Part shown: positions 47,877 to 58,700 of the stretch, piece after piece | How positions within the stretch are numbered: the stretch's first letter is position 1 | How the letters are laid out: every line of letters begins with the position of its first letter | Assembly: GCA_016199545.1 (NCBI GenBank) | Contig: JACQGN010000031.1 | Span: 1-62,338, forward strand | Source: Betaproteobacteria bacterium | GTDB lineage: Bacteria > Pseudomonadota > Gammaproteobacteria > Burkholderiales > SG8-41 | DNA length: 62,338 nucleotides | Direction: 5' to 3' | Notes under the pieces: generated by a model | Databases searched by the model: none | What the model was told of the DNA's origin: nothing | Seen by the model: only the letters and a program-made list of their open reading frames with translations | Made by a program: the position numbers and the translations under genes

Positions 47877-48458
47877 TTGCCCACACCCAATCTCATACTC
47901 GCATCGGCCTCCAGTTATCGCCGCGCGTTGCTCGAACGCCTCGGATTGCCGTTCGCGATGGTCGCGCCCCAGGTGGACGAAACGGGGCTACCCGGCGAGA
48001 CTGCAGCGCGGGCAGCTCTGCGCCTGGCCGAAGCGAAGGCGCGAGCGGTGGCGGTTTGGCCGCCAGCCTTGGTCATTGGATCGGACCAGGTTGCCGAACT
48101 CGATGGCGTGCACCTCGGCAAACCCGGCGACCACCGCACCGCGGTGCGGCAACTACGCGCCATGCGCGGCCGAGAAGTCATCTTTCATACGGCCGTGTGT
48201 CTGTACAGCGCCGGCTCGGGCAAGGTGCAAACGGCGAATGTTCCGACCATGGTGAAGTTCCGTTCCGTGAGCGATGCGCAAATCGAGCGCTACCTCGAAC
48301 TGGAGCAGCCCTACGATTGCGCCGGCAGCGCGCGCGTGGAGATGCTGGGCATTGCGTTGGTGGAACGCATCGTGGCGGACGACCCGACGGCACTGATCGG
48401 CCTGCCGCTCATCGCCCTCGTGTCCATGCTCCAGGCCGAAGGGGTCGCGGTCATTTAA
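47877..48458 (+). CDS. maf: Maf-like nucleoside triphosphate pyrophosphatase
   Basis: LILASASSYRRALLERLGLPF...DE, GSDQV, GKP, YDCAGS. The start is uncertain. TTG 47877 gives a typical 193 aa. ATG 47766 would leave only 9 bp to the divergent yceD. Confidence 0.75.
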   Translation: MPTPNLILASASSYRRALLERLGLPFAMVAPQVDETGLPGETAARAALRLAEAKARAVAVWPPALVIGSDQVAELDGVHLGKPGDHRTAVRQLRAMRGREVIFHTAVCLYSAGSGKVQTANVPTMVKFRSVSDAQIERYLELEQPYDCAGSARVEMLGIALVERIVADDPTALIGLPLIALVSMLQAEGVAVI

Positions 48459-48580
48459 CCCTAATCCAGAACTTGATTTTGTTTTTCTTCGCGTCCTTGG
48501 CGTCGTTCGCGGTGAAAAGCTTTTTCTAGTGTCGTGTCCCGTAAACTACCTTCAAATATCGGCGGCGGGCACGGACCCCG

Positions 48581-48676
48581 CTGTCATCGCGAGGAGTGGG
48601 CGACGCCGCGATCTCGCGGCTGGCCGCGGTTGCGTTGCCTGCAACGAGATTGCTTCGCTTCGCTCGCAATGACAGG
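48581..48676. repeat. Short intergenic repeat element (two related GC-rich units ending ...GCGATGACAG / GCAATGACAG)
   Basis: The reverse complement of 48646-48674 reads GTCATTGCGAGCGAAGCGAAGCAATCTCG. I recognise this motif as a dispersed intergenic repeat in many environmental bacterial genomes. A second, related unit is at 48581-48620. Confidence 0.45.
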
Positions 48677-48767
48677 AAAGGCGTATCCTGGTTACGGTCC
48701 TGTTCGCCGGAACGACCGGTAATTTATACAGGTTATTTGCGGGACGGCACACTAGGACAACCCGGAT

Positions 48768-49487
48768 ATGTCCCGGCCCGGAACGCTATATCTGATTCCC
48801 TCGTCGCTTGGCGGGGGCGAGGCGATGCGGGTGTTGCCGCCTTCCACCCTGGCCGTCATCGCGCAGCTCACCGCGTTCATCGTCGAAAAGCCACGCACGG
48901 CGCGCGCATTTCTCAAGGCGGCAGGTTACCCGCATCCATTGCAGGACGCCGAATTCCGGGTGTGCAACGAGCATACGAGGGGCGGCGAGATTGCCGGCCT
49001 GCTTCAGCCCCTGCTTGACGGTAGGGACTGTGGCCTCGTATCCGAGGCCGGCTGTCCTGCCGTAGCCGATCCCGGTGGCGCAGTGGTGCGGCTCGCGCAC
49101 GCGCACGATATTCGCGTGGTGCCGCTGGTGGGGCCCTCTGCCATCCTCCTCGCGCTGATGGCGTCAGGTCTGGAAGGCCAGCGCTTTGCCTTTCACGGCT
49201 ATCTTCCGGTGGAGGCGTCCGCGCGCCGCGCTGCCCTTATCGAGCTGGAGCGGGATTCCAGGCGCGCGCGGCGGACCCAGATATTCATCGAAGCGCCGTA
49301 CCGCAACATGCAGTTACTGCGCGCTATTTTCGACGCTTGCCGCGGCGACGCCCTGCTCTGCCTGGCGACCGATCTCACCCTCGCCACGGAAGCCATCGGG
49401 ACGCGGACGATCGCCGAGTGGAAGGCGCGGGCGCCGCCTGCCCTCAACCGCCGGCCGACCGTGTTCCTGCTCTATTGTAATTCGTGA
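48768..49487 (+). CDS. SAM-dependent methyltransferase of the tetrapyrrole-methylase/RsmI-like fold
   Basis: GTLYLIP..LG, SEAGCPAVADPG, VPL.GPSA...AL.ASGL and F.F.GYLP motifs. Length 239 aa. Confidence 0.7.
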   Translation: MSRPGTLYLIPSSLGGGEAMRVLPPSTLAVIAQLTAFIVEKPRTARAFLKAAGYPHPLQDAEFRVCNEHTRGGEIAGLLQPLLDGRDCGLVSEAGCPAVADPGGAVVRLAHAHDIRVVPLVGPSAILLALMASGLEGQRFAFHGYLPVEASARRAALIELERDSRRARRTQIFIEAPYRNMQLLRAIFDACRGDALLCLATDLTLATEAIGTRTIAEWKARAPPALNRRPTVFLLYCNS

Positions 49488-49535
49488 TTCGTGGCTCGTG
49501 TATCGTGGTTCGTGTGTGGTGATTCGTGATTCGTG
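49480..49535. repeat. Eight tandem degenerate heptamers (ATTCGTG-type)
   Basis: The units are ATTCGTG ATTCGTG GCTCGTG TATCGTG GTTCGTG TGTGGTG ATTCGTG ATTCGTG. The array begins inside the last two codons and stop codon of the methyltransferase gene. Confidence 0.8.
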
Positions 49536-49575
49536 CGCATTGCGCACCAGAAAAGCACCGGTGGGCGATGCCCAC
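49533..49575. terminator. Two short hairpins between convergent genes
   Basis: GTGCGCA-T-TGCGCAC (49533-49547) and GTGGGC-GAT-GCCCAC (49561-49575), between the methyltransferase (+) and tpsB (-). Confidence 0.35.
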
Positions 49576-49604
49576 GACTTTACCAGTCACCAGCCGCTGA
49601 ATGG

Positions 49605-51227
49605 TCAGAAGCGGTAAAAAGCCGAGAAGTGCAGCTTGACGTGCCCTTGCGGCGTGCCGTCTGAGACGCCGTCGAGCACATTGGCGAGCGCCGCGCTCAC
49701 CTCGAGCTTGCGCTGCCAGTTCCACTTGAGGCCCACGCCGACGCTCGAGGCATTATCCGACGTGCTGGTGCCGACCACCGGCGTTACGTGCTTGCGGCTG
49801 CCGAAATCGAAGAACACGAATGGCGTCACGCCTGCGTAGATCTCCGGCGTTTGCAGTTCCGCGATGAAGTTGTGGCCCCGGTCGCCCGTCACTTCACGGT
49901 CGCGCAGGCCGCGCACCGAACCGGTGCCGCCGATGCCGAACTGTTCGCCGGGAATCAACGCCTCGTCCGCGTACTGTCCACGGAAGCGCCCCGAAAGATT
50001 CCATCCTCCACTGAACGAATAGCTTGCATCGATGCCATAGCGCCAGGCGTTCCAGTTCGGGTCCGCGCCGACGCGCGCAGTACTGTATGCGAGATCGTCG
50101 TCCGCGCGTGCGCCGCGAAGATTGTGCACGTACTCGACATAGCCACCAATGCCCCCCGCGGCCTGTTCGTGGCGAGCCGTGTAGCGCAGCGACAGCGGGC
50201 GGCTGCCCACGACCGTGGTCTGTATCGCGGCACCTTGGGAACCCAAATCGCTCTTGAAATAGCGGTCGTCGAGCGCGAGAGATACGTTCTGGCTGATCAG
50301 GCCGAACTTCGGGAGCGCGTAGGTGCCGCGCAAACCCCAGAATTCGCCGCGCCCGCTCACGTCGAAGTTCTGCCCGCCCACGCCAACCGTACCGGTATCC
50401 ACGTCCGAAAATGTCCAGTAGGCGTTCAACGTCGTGTGGTAACCGTAGAGCGGCAGCCAGTAAAACGCTCCGATCTGCGTCACGTCATCGAGGTGATCCG
50501 GCGATGTCGTATACGCCACGGTCGCCGCGTGGTCACGGTCAAACAGATTGCTCTGCTGATGCCCGATCGTGAGCCGCGTGTAGCCGGTGTTGCGATTGAT
50601 CGTATTGTCGTGGTCGCGCGTGTCCCCGTTGAGCCCGATGAAGGTCTGCATCGCCGGCACGTCGCGCACCCTGACTTCGGCATCGAGATGGTCACGCTTC
50701 TGGCTTTCCTTGATCTGGATCGACAGGCGCTTTGCCGGGTGCTCGTTGACGAGGGCCAGTTGCCGCGACAGTTCCCGCACGTCGGGCGATTGCCCCGCCT
50801 GCAATTCCGGCAACGCGCGAAGAATATTCTCGTTCGAAAAATGCTGATTGCCCGAGACCGTCAACTGCGCGATATTGAAACGCAGCACACGCAGCCTGAG
50901 TTCGCCCGCCGCGGGCCGCTGCGCCGGGACGATGACGCGGTGAAACGAATAGCCCTGCTCGCGCATCGCGTCCTCGAGTGCGCGCGCGGCCGCCTCGATG
51001 GTGTCCAGGCTCTTGTGCGTGCCCAGGTGCCGGGCGAGGATGGCATCCGTTTCCTGCTGCGACAACGGGTTGGCGTCTCCCTCGACCACGAAGCGCTTGA
51101 TCTCGAGCAGCACACCGCCCGGTGCTTGCGAGGGCTGGCTGAATACGGTCGTGGTGGCAAACGCCAGCACTGCCCCCGCGACCACTGCGCAGGTGTGGCG
51201 CATTATCCGATTTCCGCGCGCTGTCAT
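49605..51227 (-). CDS. Two-partner secretion outer-membrane transporter (TpsB; ShlB/FhaC/HecB family)
   Basis: Signal peptide. POTRA-like region (IKRFVVEGDANPLSQQE..., RLRVLRFNIAQLTVSGNQHFS). C-terminal beta-barrel ending FSAFYRF. The ATG at 51227 overlaps the FecR-gene stop (ATGA); an alternative ATG is at 51203. Confidence 0.85.
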   Translation of the reverse strand: MTARGNRIMRHTCAVVAGAVLAFATTTVFSQPSQAPGGVLLEIKRFVVEGDANPLSQQETDAILARHLGTHKSLDTIEAAARALEDAMREQGYSFHRVIVPAQRPAAGELRLRVLRFNIAQLTVSGNQHFSNENILRALPELQAGQSPDVRELSRQLALVNEHPAKRLSIQIKESQKRDHLDAEVRVRDVPAMQTFIGLNGDTRDHDNTINRNTGYTRLTIGHQQSNLFDRDHAATVAYTTSPDHLDDVTQIGAFYWLPLYGYHTTLNAYWTFSDVDTGTVGVGGQNFDVSGRGEFWGLRGTYALPKFGLISQNVSLALDDRYFKSDLGSQGAAIQTTVVGSRPLSLRYTARHEQAAGGIGGYVEYVHNLRGARADDDLAYSTARVGADPNWNAWRYGIDASYSFSGGWNLSGRFRGQYADEALIPGEQFGIGGTGSVRGLRDREVTGDRGHNFIAELQTPEIYAGVTPFVFFDFGSRKHVTPVVGTSTSDNASSVGVGLKWNWQRKLEVSAALANVLDGVSDGTPQGHVKLHFSAFYRF

Positions 51228-52648
51228 TGAACCTCGCAGATTAAATCACCGGCACTACCGCCCGGGTTGAGGACTTCGAGCAGGCGAATGGTCTGTTCAT
51301 CAAACCGATCCGGCAACGGATACGGATCATTCAGGAGGAACGGAGGCTGGTCGGCCAGCCGGACCGGCGTATCCTGACCGTCCGCCAGGTAACCGGACTC
51401 ACCCGGGCCCAGATCGATGGATCCGGCGCGGCCGAAGAACTCTATGTGCCCGTCGCGCACGATGGCGTAAAGTCCCGTCGGGAAACCATCGAGGCGGAAT
51501 ACGCCAAAGAGGTTTTCGAAATCCACGGGAACGGCATCGGGACGCGGCGCCGGCTCGTCGATCATGAACTGCGGCCGCTGCTCAACGAGGGTGAGCCTGT
51601 CGAATTTCGGGTTGAATACACCGGTCTGGCCCAACGGTATGAGCAGCGACCGGCCGCCGGCCTCCAATGCGACCGCCCCCTCCCAAGTGTGAACGAAGGC
51701 GCTCTGGGCGCACTGGCTGGGCGCCACGCAATCCAGCCCGAACATCGCGTCTACGCCGGTCCCGCGCACGCCGACGACCGCTGTGAGCATGTTGACCCGA
51801 ACGTTTTCCGGCTGGCTCTTCGCCAGCAGTCCTGTCAGCGCGCGCGCGCCCCCACGCACGACGCGCACCACGAAATTTCCGCTGTCCGCCTTTGCCCCGG
51901 TGAATTTCACGTTCTCCAGCTTGAATTCTGACTCCGCGGTAACTGTGACCTTGGTCTGGTCGCGAAAGGCGATGATGGCGTGGCTGCCCTTTCCGGTGCG
52001 CACCGACTCGCCGTTCACCAGCGGCGTGCCCTTGGCCGCGGGGCGAGTCTGCCCGTTCGCCGCAACCACTGTCACGGTTCCCAAGGCTACGGCGACACGC
52101 GCGACGACCAGGTCCGACGGGAGGCCCTCCTTCTTGCGGCCGGCCTTTAATTCCTCCGCGCAGTCGCCTTCGCACGCACGCACGTCGAACGAAGTGCCGC
52201 GTATGCCCATCGTAGCGGCGCGCGCGGTCAGTTGCATCCCTTGCGGATTGCGCTTGCTGATGAGACCGGTGAACGCGCGAATTCCGCCTTTCACCAATCG
52301 AAACAGCGCCGACTCTTCGCCCGCTCCGTGGCTGAACCTGTCGACCGCGAACGTGGTGTTGGGACGCAGCGTGATCTTGGTGCCGTCCTTGAGGGAAACG
52401 ACCGCGAAGCCCCGATTGCTGGTGCTGATCACGTCGCGCGGGTTCAGCGGGTCACCCTTCTGCACGAAGCGAGGATCTTCCCCGGCGCGTTGCACGCTGG
52501 TGAGCCCGTGCGCGTAGCTAATCTCCCCCACCGGTTGCGCGAGGGCTGACACCGAGCAGCACGCCGCAGCGAGCGCAAATATCAGAGCCGTCAGCGTGCG
52601 TCGTTGCGTTCTCCCCGACAACCACTGTGGCTTGAAACTTAGCGGCAT
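51224..52648 (-). CDS. Secreted protein with two FecR-like domains
   Basis: Signal peptide MPLSFKPQWLSGRTQRRTLTALIFALAAACCSVSALAQP. Two FecR-type segments (VQRAGEDPRFVQKGDPLNPRDVISTSNRGFAVVSLKDGTKITLRPNTTF and NGQTRPAAKGTPLVNGESVRTGKGSHAIIAFRDQTKVTVTAESEF), each followed by a GIRGT/GVRGT motif. Confidence 0.7.
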   Translation of the reverse strand: MPLSFKPQWLSGRTQRRTLTALIFALAAACCSVSALAQPVGEISYAHGLTSVQRAGEDPRFVQKGDPLNPRDVISTSNRGFAVVSLKDGTKITLRPNTTFAVDRFSHGAGEESALFRLVKGGIRAFTGLISKRNPQGMQLTARAATMGIRGTSFDVRACEGDCAEELKAGRKKEGLPSDLVVARVAVALGTVTVVAANGQTRPAAKGTPLVNGESVRTGKGSHAIIAFRDQTKVTVTAESEFKLENVKFTGAKADSGNFVVRVVRGGARALTGLLAKSQPENVRVNMLTAVVGVRGTGVDAMFGLDCVAPSQCAQSAFVHTWEGAVALEAGGRSLLIPLGQTGVFNPKFDRLTLVEQRPQFMIDEPAPRPDAVPVDFENLFGVFRLDGFPTGLYAIVRDGHIEFFGRAGSIDLGPGESGYLADGQDTPVRLADQPPFLLNDPYPLPDRFDEQTIRLLEVLNPGGSAGDLICEVQ

Positions 52649-52799
52649 TTTGGCGCTCTTATTGGCGCGGTTGCTTTGTTTTCGGGCGCCGCGACTCGCT
52701 GCGTCCCCCTGATACTGCAATGGCAACACGCGCAAGTGTAATGCTAAGCAAATAAAAAGGCATCTACCCCGCAAATCGGAGCGACGCACTCGGGGCGGT

Positions 52800-55700
52800 T
52801 CACGTGCATATCGGCACCCCGGGTTGCGACGTGCTTTTGGCATCCGCGGTTTCAGGCTCAGCCTCAAGCCGCGTGTCGTCCTGGTCCTCCTCTAGCGCCA
52901 GCAGCGACTGTATCGTGTCGTTTGCCGCGTCGGTGGCAAGGGCAGCGTTCGTAACGGTCGCTGTCGAAATTGGGAGCGGGCCAGTGGGCAGGGCGGGGCC
53001 GATGACGACACCTCCTGATGCCAGCGCCCCAGCCGTCGGAGAAGACCCCACGACAGGCAGTATGCAACTTCCCCCGCAGGCGAGGAACAGAGTCCCGCTT
53101 CCGCCAGGCCCAACCGTAATGAGGGCGTCCGCGCCAGGCGCCGTGCCCGGCGTGAGAATGACATCACCTGTGGAGCCAAGTATCGAGACGGGGCCGCCAT
53201 TGGTGATGAAAGCCGCGGCGCCGCTCGCGCCGCCGCCGCTGAGGGTAAAGTCGCCATTGGTTGTGTAAATCGTCTGCGCGCTCCCTGATACGATCTGCGC
53301 GACGGCGTTTACGCCGCCTCCGCCCTGAACGTTGAGCGCGCCATTGGAAAGAATCGTTTGTGTCAGAGGATCGATCTGCGCGAGCGAATTGTCGCCGCTG
53401 CCGCCGAGCACAGAAATACCTCCAAGAAGCGTGCTGACGGTCTGTGTGCCGGTTGCAGGAGTGCCCGCCTTGAGTTCTGAAACCGAATTCACGAGGCCGC
53501 TTTGAATCGTGATCGAACGAGCGAAGATGTTTTGATCGGCTGCTTTTACGCGGGATGTGCCGGAAACGTTCACGTCACCGATCATGAGGTTACCACCCGT
53601 ACCACCCTGCATCTGCTCTGGATAATCGAGTTCCAGCAGTTGGCTCGTGCCTGCCGTCACGCTTGCCGTGCCGGTGCCCAGCGCTGCAACCCGCATACTG
53701 TTGCCGCTACTGCTCGAAGTGCCGCTGGTAGTGTGAATCCACTGGTTGCCCGCTGCGGAAAGCGTCGCGTTGCCGGCAGAGCCCGCCGCCGTTTGCACAT
53801 CCACGAATCGCGCGCGGATCAACTGGTCGCCGCCAGCCATGACGCCGGTCACCGAATTCAGGTTGGTGCTGAGCGTGTTAATGGAAATGCCGCCATTGTT
53901 CGCGATGATGGTCTGTTTCGCTGGTGTCGTCACCGCGACGGTTCCGAGCCCGGAGTTGGTGAGCGATAACGAGGCATTGATGACCTGGTCGGTGGCTGGA
54001 GTATTCTGGATCAGCACGAACGCATCGGCGAGAGCGGGTCCTGTGCCAGTGGGAGGAAGCGGGTCCGACTGCATCGTGATGCCGCTGCTCGCATTGACGG
54101 TTTGCGTCCCCGTTCCCTGGTTGAGGATGCCGGCTGTCGAGAGGGTGTGTCCTCCACTCATCGTGATGTTGTTTACGCTCACAAACTGGTTGCCGGCGAG
54201 GTTACGGATGACGGAATCGGAAGTGCTGCCGCTGATACCGGAGCCGCCGTTAAGTGTAATCGCGCCAGCGAATATGCTCTGATTCTGCCCTTCGACAATC
54301 GCGCTAGCATTGGCTATCGGGGCAACGTCTGTTCCATTGGCGGTCATTGAGAGTGAACTGAAGCTCAAACTCTGGTCTGCCGGGGTATTGATCCGGACCA
54401 ACGAGCCCCCCCCTGTGCCCGCCGCCATTATCGTGACACCGAGGCTCAGGTCCTGCCGGCCGAGCGTTGTAATTTCCACGAGTGAATTGGGACCAGCGCC
54501 TCCGGTCAGCGTAACGCTGCTGGCGGTAATCCTCTGGGCATTTCGATCTGTCCGCGAATCGGACGATGAGATGCGCGCGACAGCGGTGTTGCCGCCGGCC
54601 GTGCCGCCTCCCGTAAGGTCCATAGTGCCGAGGGCGAGCGTTTGTGAATCGAAGTTCGCCAACCCGGTTCCGCTGTAAAGGATCTCGGCGTTCGAGCTCA
54701 TCCCCTGGCCGGCGGTTAGTGTCGTGTTGCCGAACTGAATAGTCTGGAGCGATCCCCCGCTGCTGATCCTTGCGTAACCGCCATCATCGGCATGGCCGGT
54801 GAGCGTCAGGTTCGAGCTGCCGCGCATGCGCTGGGTTCCGGGTGTGACGATTTCGGCAAATGCGCCGCCGGCACCCGCAGTGAGCGTCAACGTATTCAAT
54901 GTGGTGGCGCAAGATTCGCCCGAGCCGCTCGCGCCGCAGCCTATGCGCTGCTCATTGGTCGCGCTGTTGGTCTCGATGCTCGCCTTGCCGCCTGCTCCCG
55001 AACCTCCGAGCACTTGAGCGCTTTGGTCGGCCTGGATTCTCTGCTCGCCGGATGCCGTAATTGCCGCCTGCGCTCCCGTTCCGCCCTGCAGCACGATGTT
55101 GTTTGTCTGATAGGGCTGAGGCGTGCAAGAAAAACCGAAACATCTACTCTCGCCGACCTGCTGCTCGAGCCCGCTCGTGCTGGCAATCTTCGCTTCCGCG
55201 GCGTCGGCCGTCAACTTGATGTCGCGATTGGCGCGGACGAGCTGGCTGCCGGTTGCCGTGCTGATGGTCGCTGCGGCGCCCGCGGCCATGCCGGCCGTGA
55301 GGATGACATCGCCACCCTGGACATTCTGTGTTCCCGTGCCCGTATAGACGATGCTCACCGCGGCATCCGTTCCTCCGCCGCCGAGCAGCCTAATGGAGCT
55401 GGTCGTGTTATCTGGGGTTTGGACGAGTTGACTGCCCGACGCCGAAACCGTTACGGACTGGCCCGCCGTGCCGCCGCCCTGCAGCGTGACCGCGGAAGTT
55501 GAACCATCGCCCCTTATGGTCTGATTTACACCGCTGACGGCAATCGAGCCGCCCGTCGCAGAGAAGGTGAGATTGCCGTTTGGTGTAATGGATTGGCTGC
55601 TGCCGGTGATATTGATCGCTCCGCCCTGGGACGTGATGTCAATATTTCCAAAACTGTCGATGCTCTGATTGCCTCCACTTGATAATGTCCCCGTGCCGGT

Positions 55701-58700
55701 AAAATTGACGCTTGAACTGCCGAAAATGGATTGGCTGCTCGTCGCGCTGGCGTTTACCGTACCCGTGATAACGACGTTCTGGCCGTCCAAGTCCTGGGCC
55801 ACACTGGAAAGCATCAGCGCGCTCGTCGATCCGTCGAGTGTCAGCGTTCCGCCGCTGGCGTTGAGGGTAAGGTTGTCGGCGGCGATGCTGCCCTTCGCCG
55901 TGAGACTACCGATCGTGGTGAGCGTGAACGAAGTGAGCGGCGCCGTGGACGTCACCCCGGTAACGTCCAGCGTCGTGCCATTGCGCACAAATCCGAAATT
56001 CTGGCTGGTGTCGGTACCGAGACTCACCGGTCCCACGCCGGTGCTAAACGTAGTGAGATTAAGCGTGCTCAGGGGAACTGAAGACGTAACCGTGAAACCG
56101 TCGTCCGCGTCCAGCGTCAAGTTGTTCGTTGCAGTCAAGTTTGCGAAAACGTTGCCGCTCGGATTGGATCCAGACGCCCTAAGCGTTACCGTCGGCGCGG
56201 ATATCGCAAGCGGCGTGCCGCTGGTGCCTATGTTTCCAGAAAATGCGGTCACGCTCACGCTGTTGGGCGAGGTCGATATCAACTGGCCCGTGCCTGAGAC
56301 TGCGCTGGCTGAACCGTCAATACTGCTGGCACCGGAGTTCACCGTGCCGTTGACATTCAGCAACGCGCCGCCCGCCAGATCGATAAAGCCATCCGGCGTG
56401 GTGGTTACCCCAGACCTCGAATCGATCGCGCCTGTCGTGAGGATGCCAGTCGCACTGAGAACCACCGCTCCGCCCCCGGTCGTGATCCCAGTGCCGGTCA
56501 CATTGCCGACCACTGCGGCATCGGTATTCCGGTAAGTGAAGTTAAGCGGCGTCCCGGTGGTGTTGGAAACGCCGAGGTCCACACCGCCGGCAACGTTGGT
56601 GACCGTCACATTCTGGCCGGTTGCAAACCCCGCCAAGTCGAAGAGTGCGGTGCTGTCGCTACGCGTGATATTCAGGTTGGACAGCAATGGAGGGCCGCTC
56701 GCACCCGTGCGATCCAGGCGCACGCTGCCACCCGTATTCAGCGTGAGATCGGAGGTTTCGCGCAGGACAAGTGGCAAAGGAGTCGTGCTGGCCGGCCCTT
56801 CGATGGCGGAACCCGCAGCGGTTGCACTCAGCGTAACGGTGCCTGCCGTAATGCCATCGAAGGCCCCGCCCGTGTTTTGCTTGATCCCCGCGGGCGCGGT
56901 GACAGTGACCGACCCCGTGGCGCCGGCATCGATACGGGTGAACTGGAATGGCGTCAGAACATTACCGGTACCAGCGCTGAGCGTGATTCCTGACCCGTCG
57001 CCAGCCGTGATCGCATTAAGTGGGCCGCCGCTCGCGCCGGTCAAGGTCGTGCCTGCGAAAATCCCAAAGCTCTGGTCGATGCCGGAAGTCACTGCGCCGC
57101 CCAAAGTAATTGCCCCGCTGGACCGCATGAACAAATTGGTGGAGGCACTCGTATCGAGCGTCACCGGTCCCGCTACAGATAGTACCGTACCGCTTGTACC
57201 GTCCAAGGAGACGGTGGTGGCGGCTGTAGTTCCGCCAATGGCGCCGTTGATCGTGATGTCTCCGGGCGGGCAGTAAAAGTTGCACGCCGATTGTGCAACC
57301 ACACTCGTCGCGTCGAGTGACCCTGTTGAAACGTCCACGGACGACGTGGAATTGAATGTGATGCTTGCAGGCGCAATGGCGGTCGGGCTGACGTTACCCG
57401 TGGAGATTGCGCTCGGCGAGGTAAACGTCACACTGGAGGCATTGAGGGCGCCATTTACCGTTATCGTCCCTGTCTGCGTTGAAAGATCAATTGAGGCGGC
57501 GTCGGTATTGCTCGCGTTGATGATTAGATTCGCTTGATCCGTCGGCAGGCTGCCCGTGCCGATCGTCACGTTGCCGCGCGCCGATATCGTGAGGCTATCG
57601 GCCTCCATCGGGCCGTTGATCTGTACGTTTCCACCAGAGCCGGACGTGGTCGCCATGGACACGCTCGAAGCGGGGATGCCGGCCGTTCCGATTGCGCCGG
57701 TGGTGATATTGCCCGACCCGTTGGTGGTGAAGTTAATTCCCGCCACCTGCAGTGCCGCGGTAGTGATCGCGCCGCGCGAGGTCACGCTCCAGGTTCCAGT
57801 ACCGGTCAGCGTCTGATTCGCCGTGAAGCTGGTGACACCGCACGGCCCGAAAAAAGTAGTGCACCCGGAGCCGACGACGGAGGTGGCATTCGTAACGCTC
57901 AAACCTCCGGCATTCACACCTTCCAGCGTCACATTACCGTCCGCCTTCAGACTGATCGTTCCGGTCCCGAGATTGATCGCTTGCCCGGCGGTCTGCGTGA
58001 CGTTCGCCAGGCTGCCATTGGTGGTCGCCGAGAAGCTGCCGTTGCTTGCGCTGAAGTCCAGAGCGTTTAGCGCGAGATTACCGCCGATCGCAGTGAAACT
58101 GAGTGTCCCGCCGGCAAACTGCGCGGCGGGCACGGCAGCCGGGAAGTTGGTCCCGCCGAGCGCGAAGTTCGTGCCGTCACTCGCGAAATCGTAGTTGGTG
58201 CCGTTCGACGTTACGCGCGCCAGGCCGCCGTTGCCCACTCCGCTGGGGCTTGCGGTAACCGTAAGGTTCTGCAGATTCGTGGTCCCACTGCTGACGATGA
58301 AGGTCGAGCCGCTTCCCGCATCCACGGCAAGAGTCTGCGTGTTAGCGACGACCGGCTTGCCAGCAGCGCCGATCGCTCCCGCGTTGCGGCTCGTCAGACC
58401 TACATTTGTTCCCGCGAGGTCGAGAGGATTCGAAAAGCTTGGATCCCCGATCGCGGTAGCAGTAATCGAGATTGAACCGCTGGACGTGATCTCCACCCCG
58501 GTGCCGTCGGTTTGGGCCTTGACCATGCCAGCCGCGGCGCCGGTTGCCGAAACCGTAACCGAGCCCGTGCCGCCGCTCGTGTCGATAAGGCCAATCGTCA
58601 CGTTGCCCTGGTTTGAGGTGATCGACGCGCTTCCGCTGCTGCTCCAGTTGGAAACGGCGACGTCTCCCTGCGTCGTAGAAATCGACCCGCCCCCGCTGGT

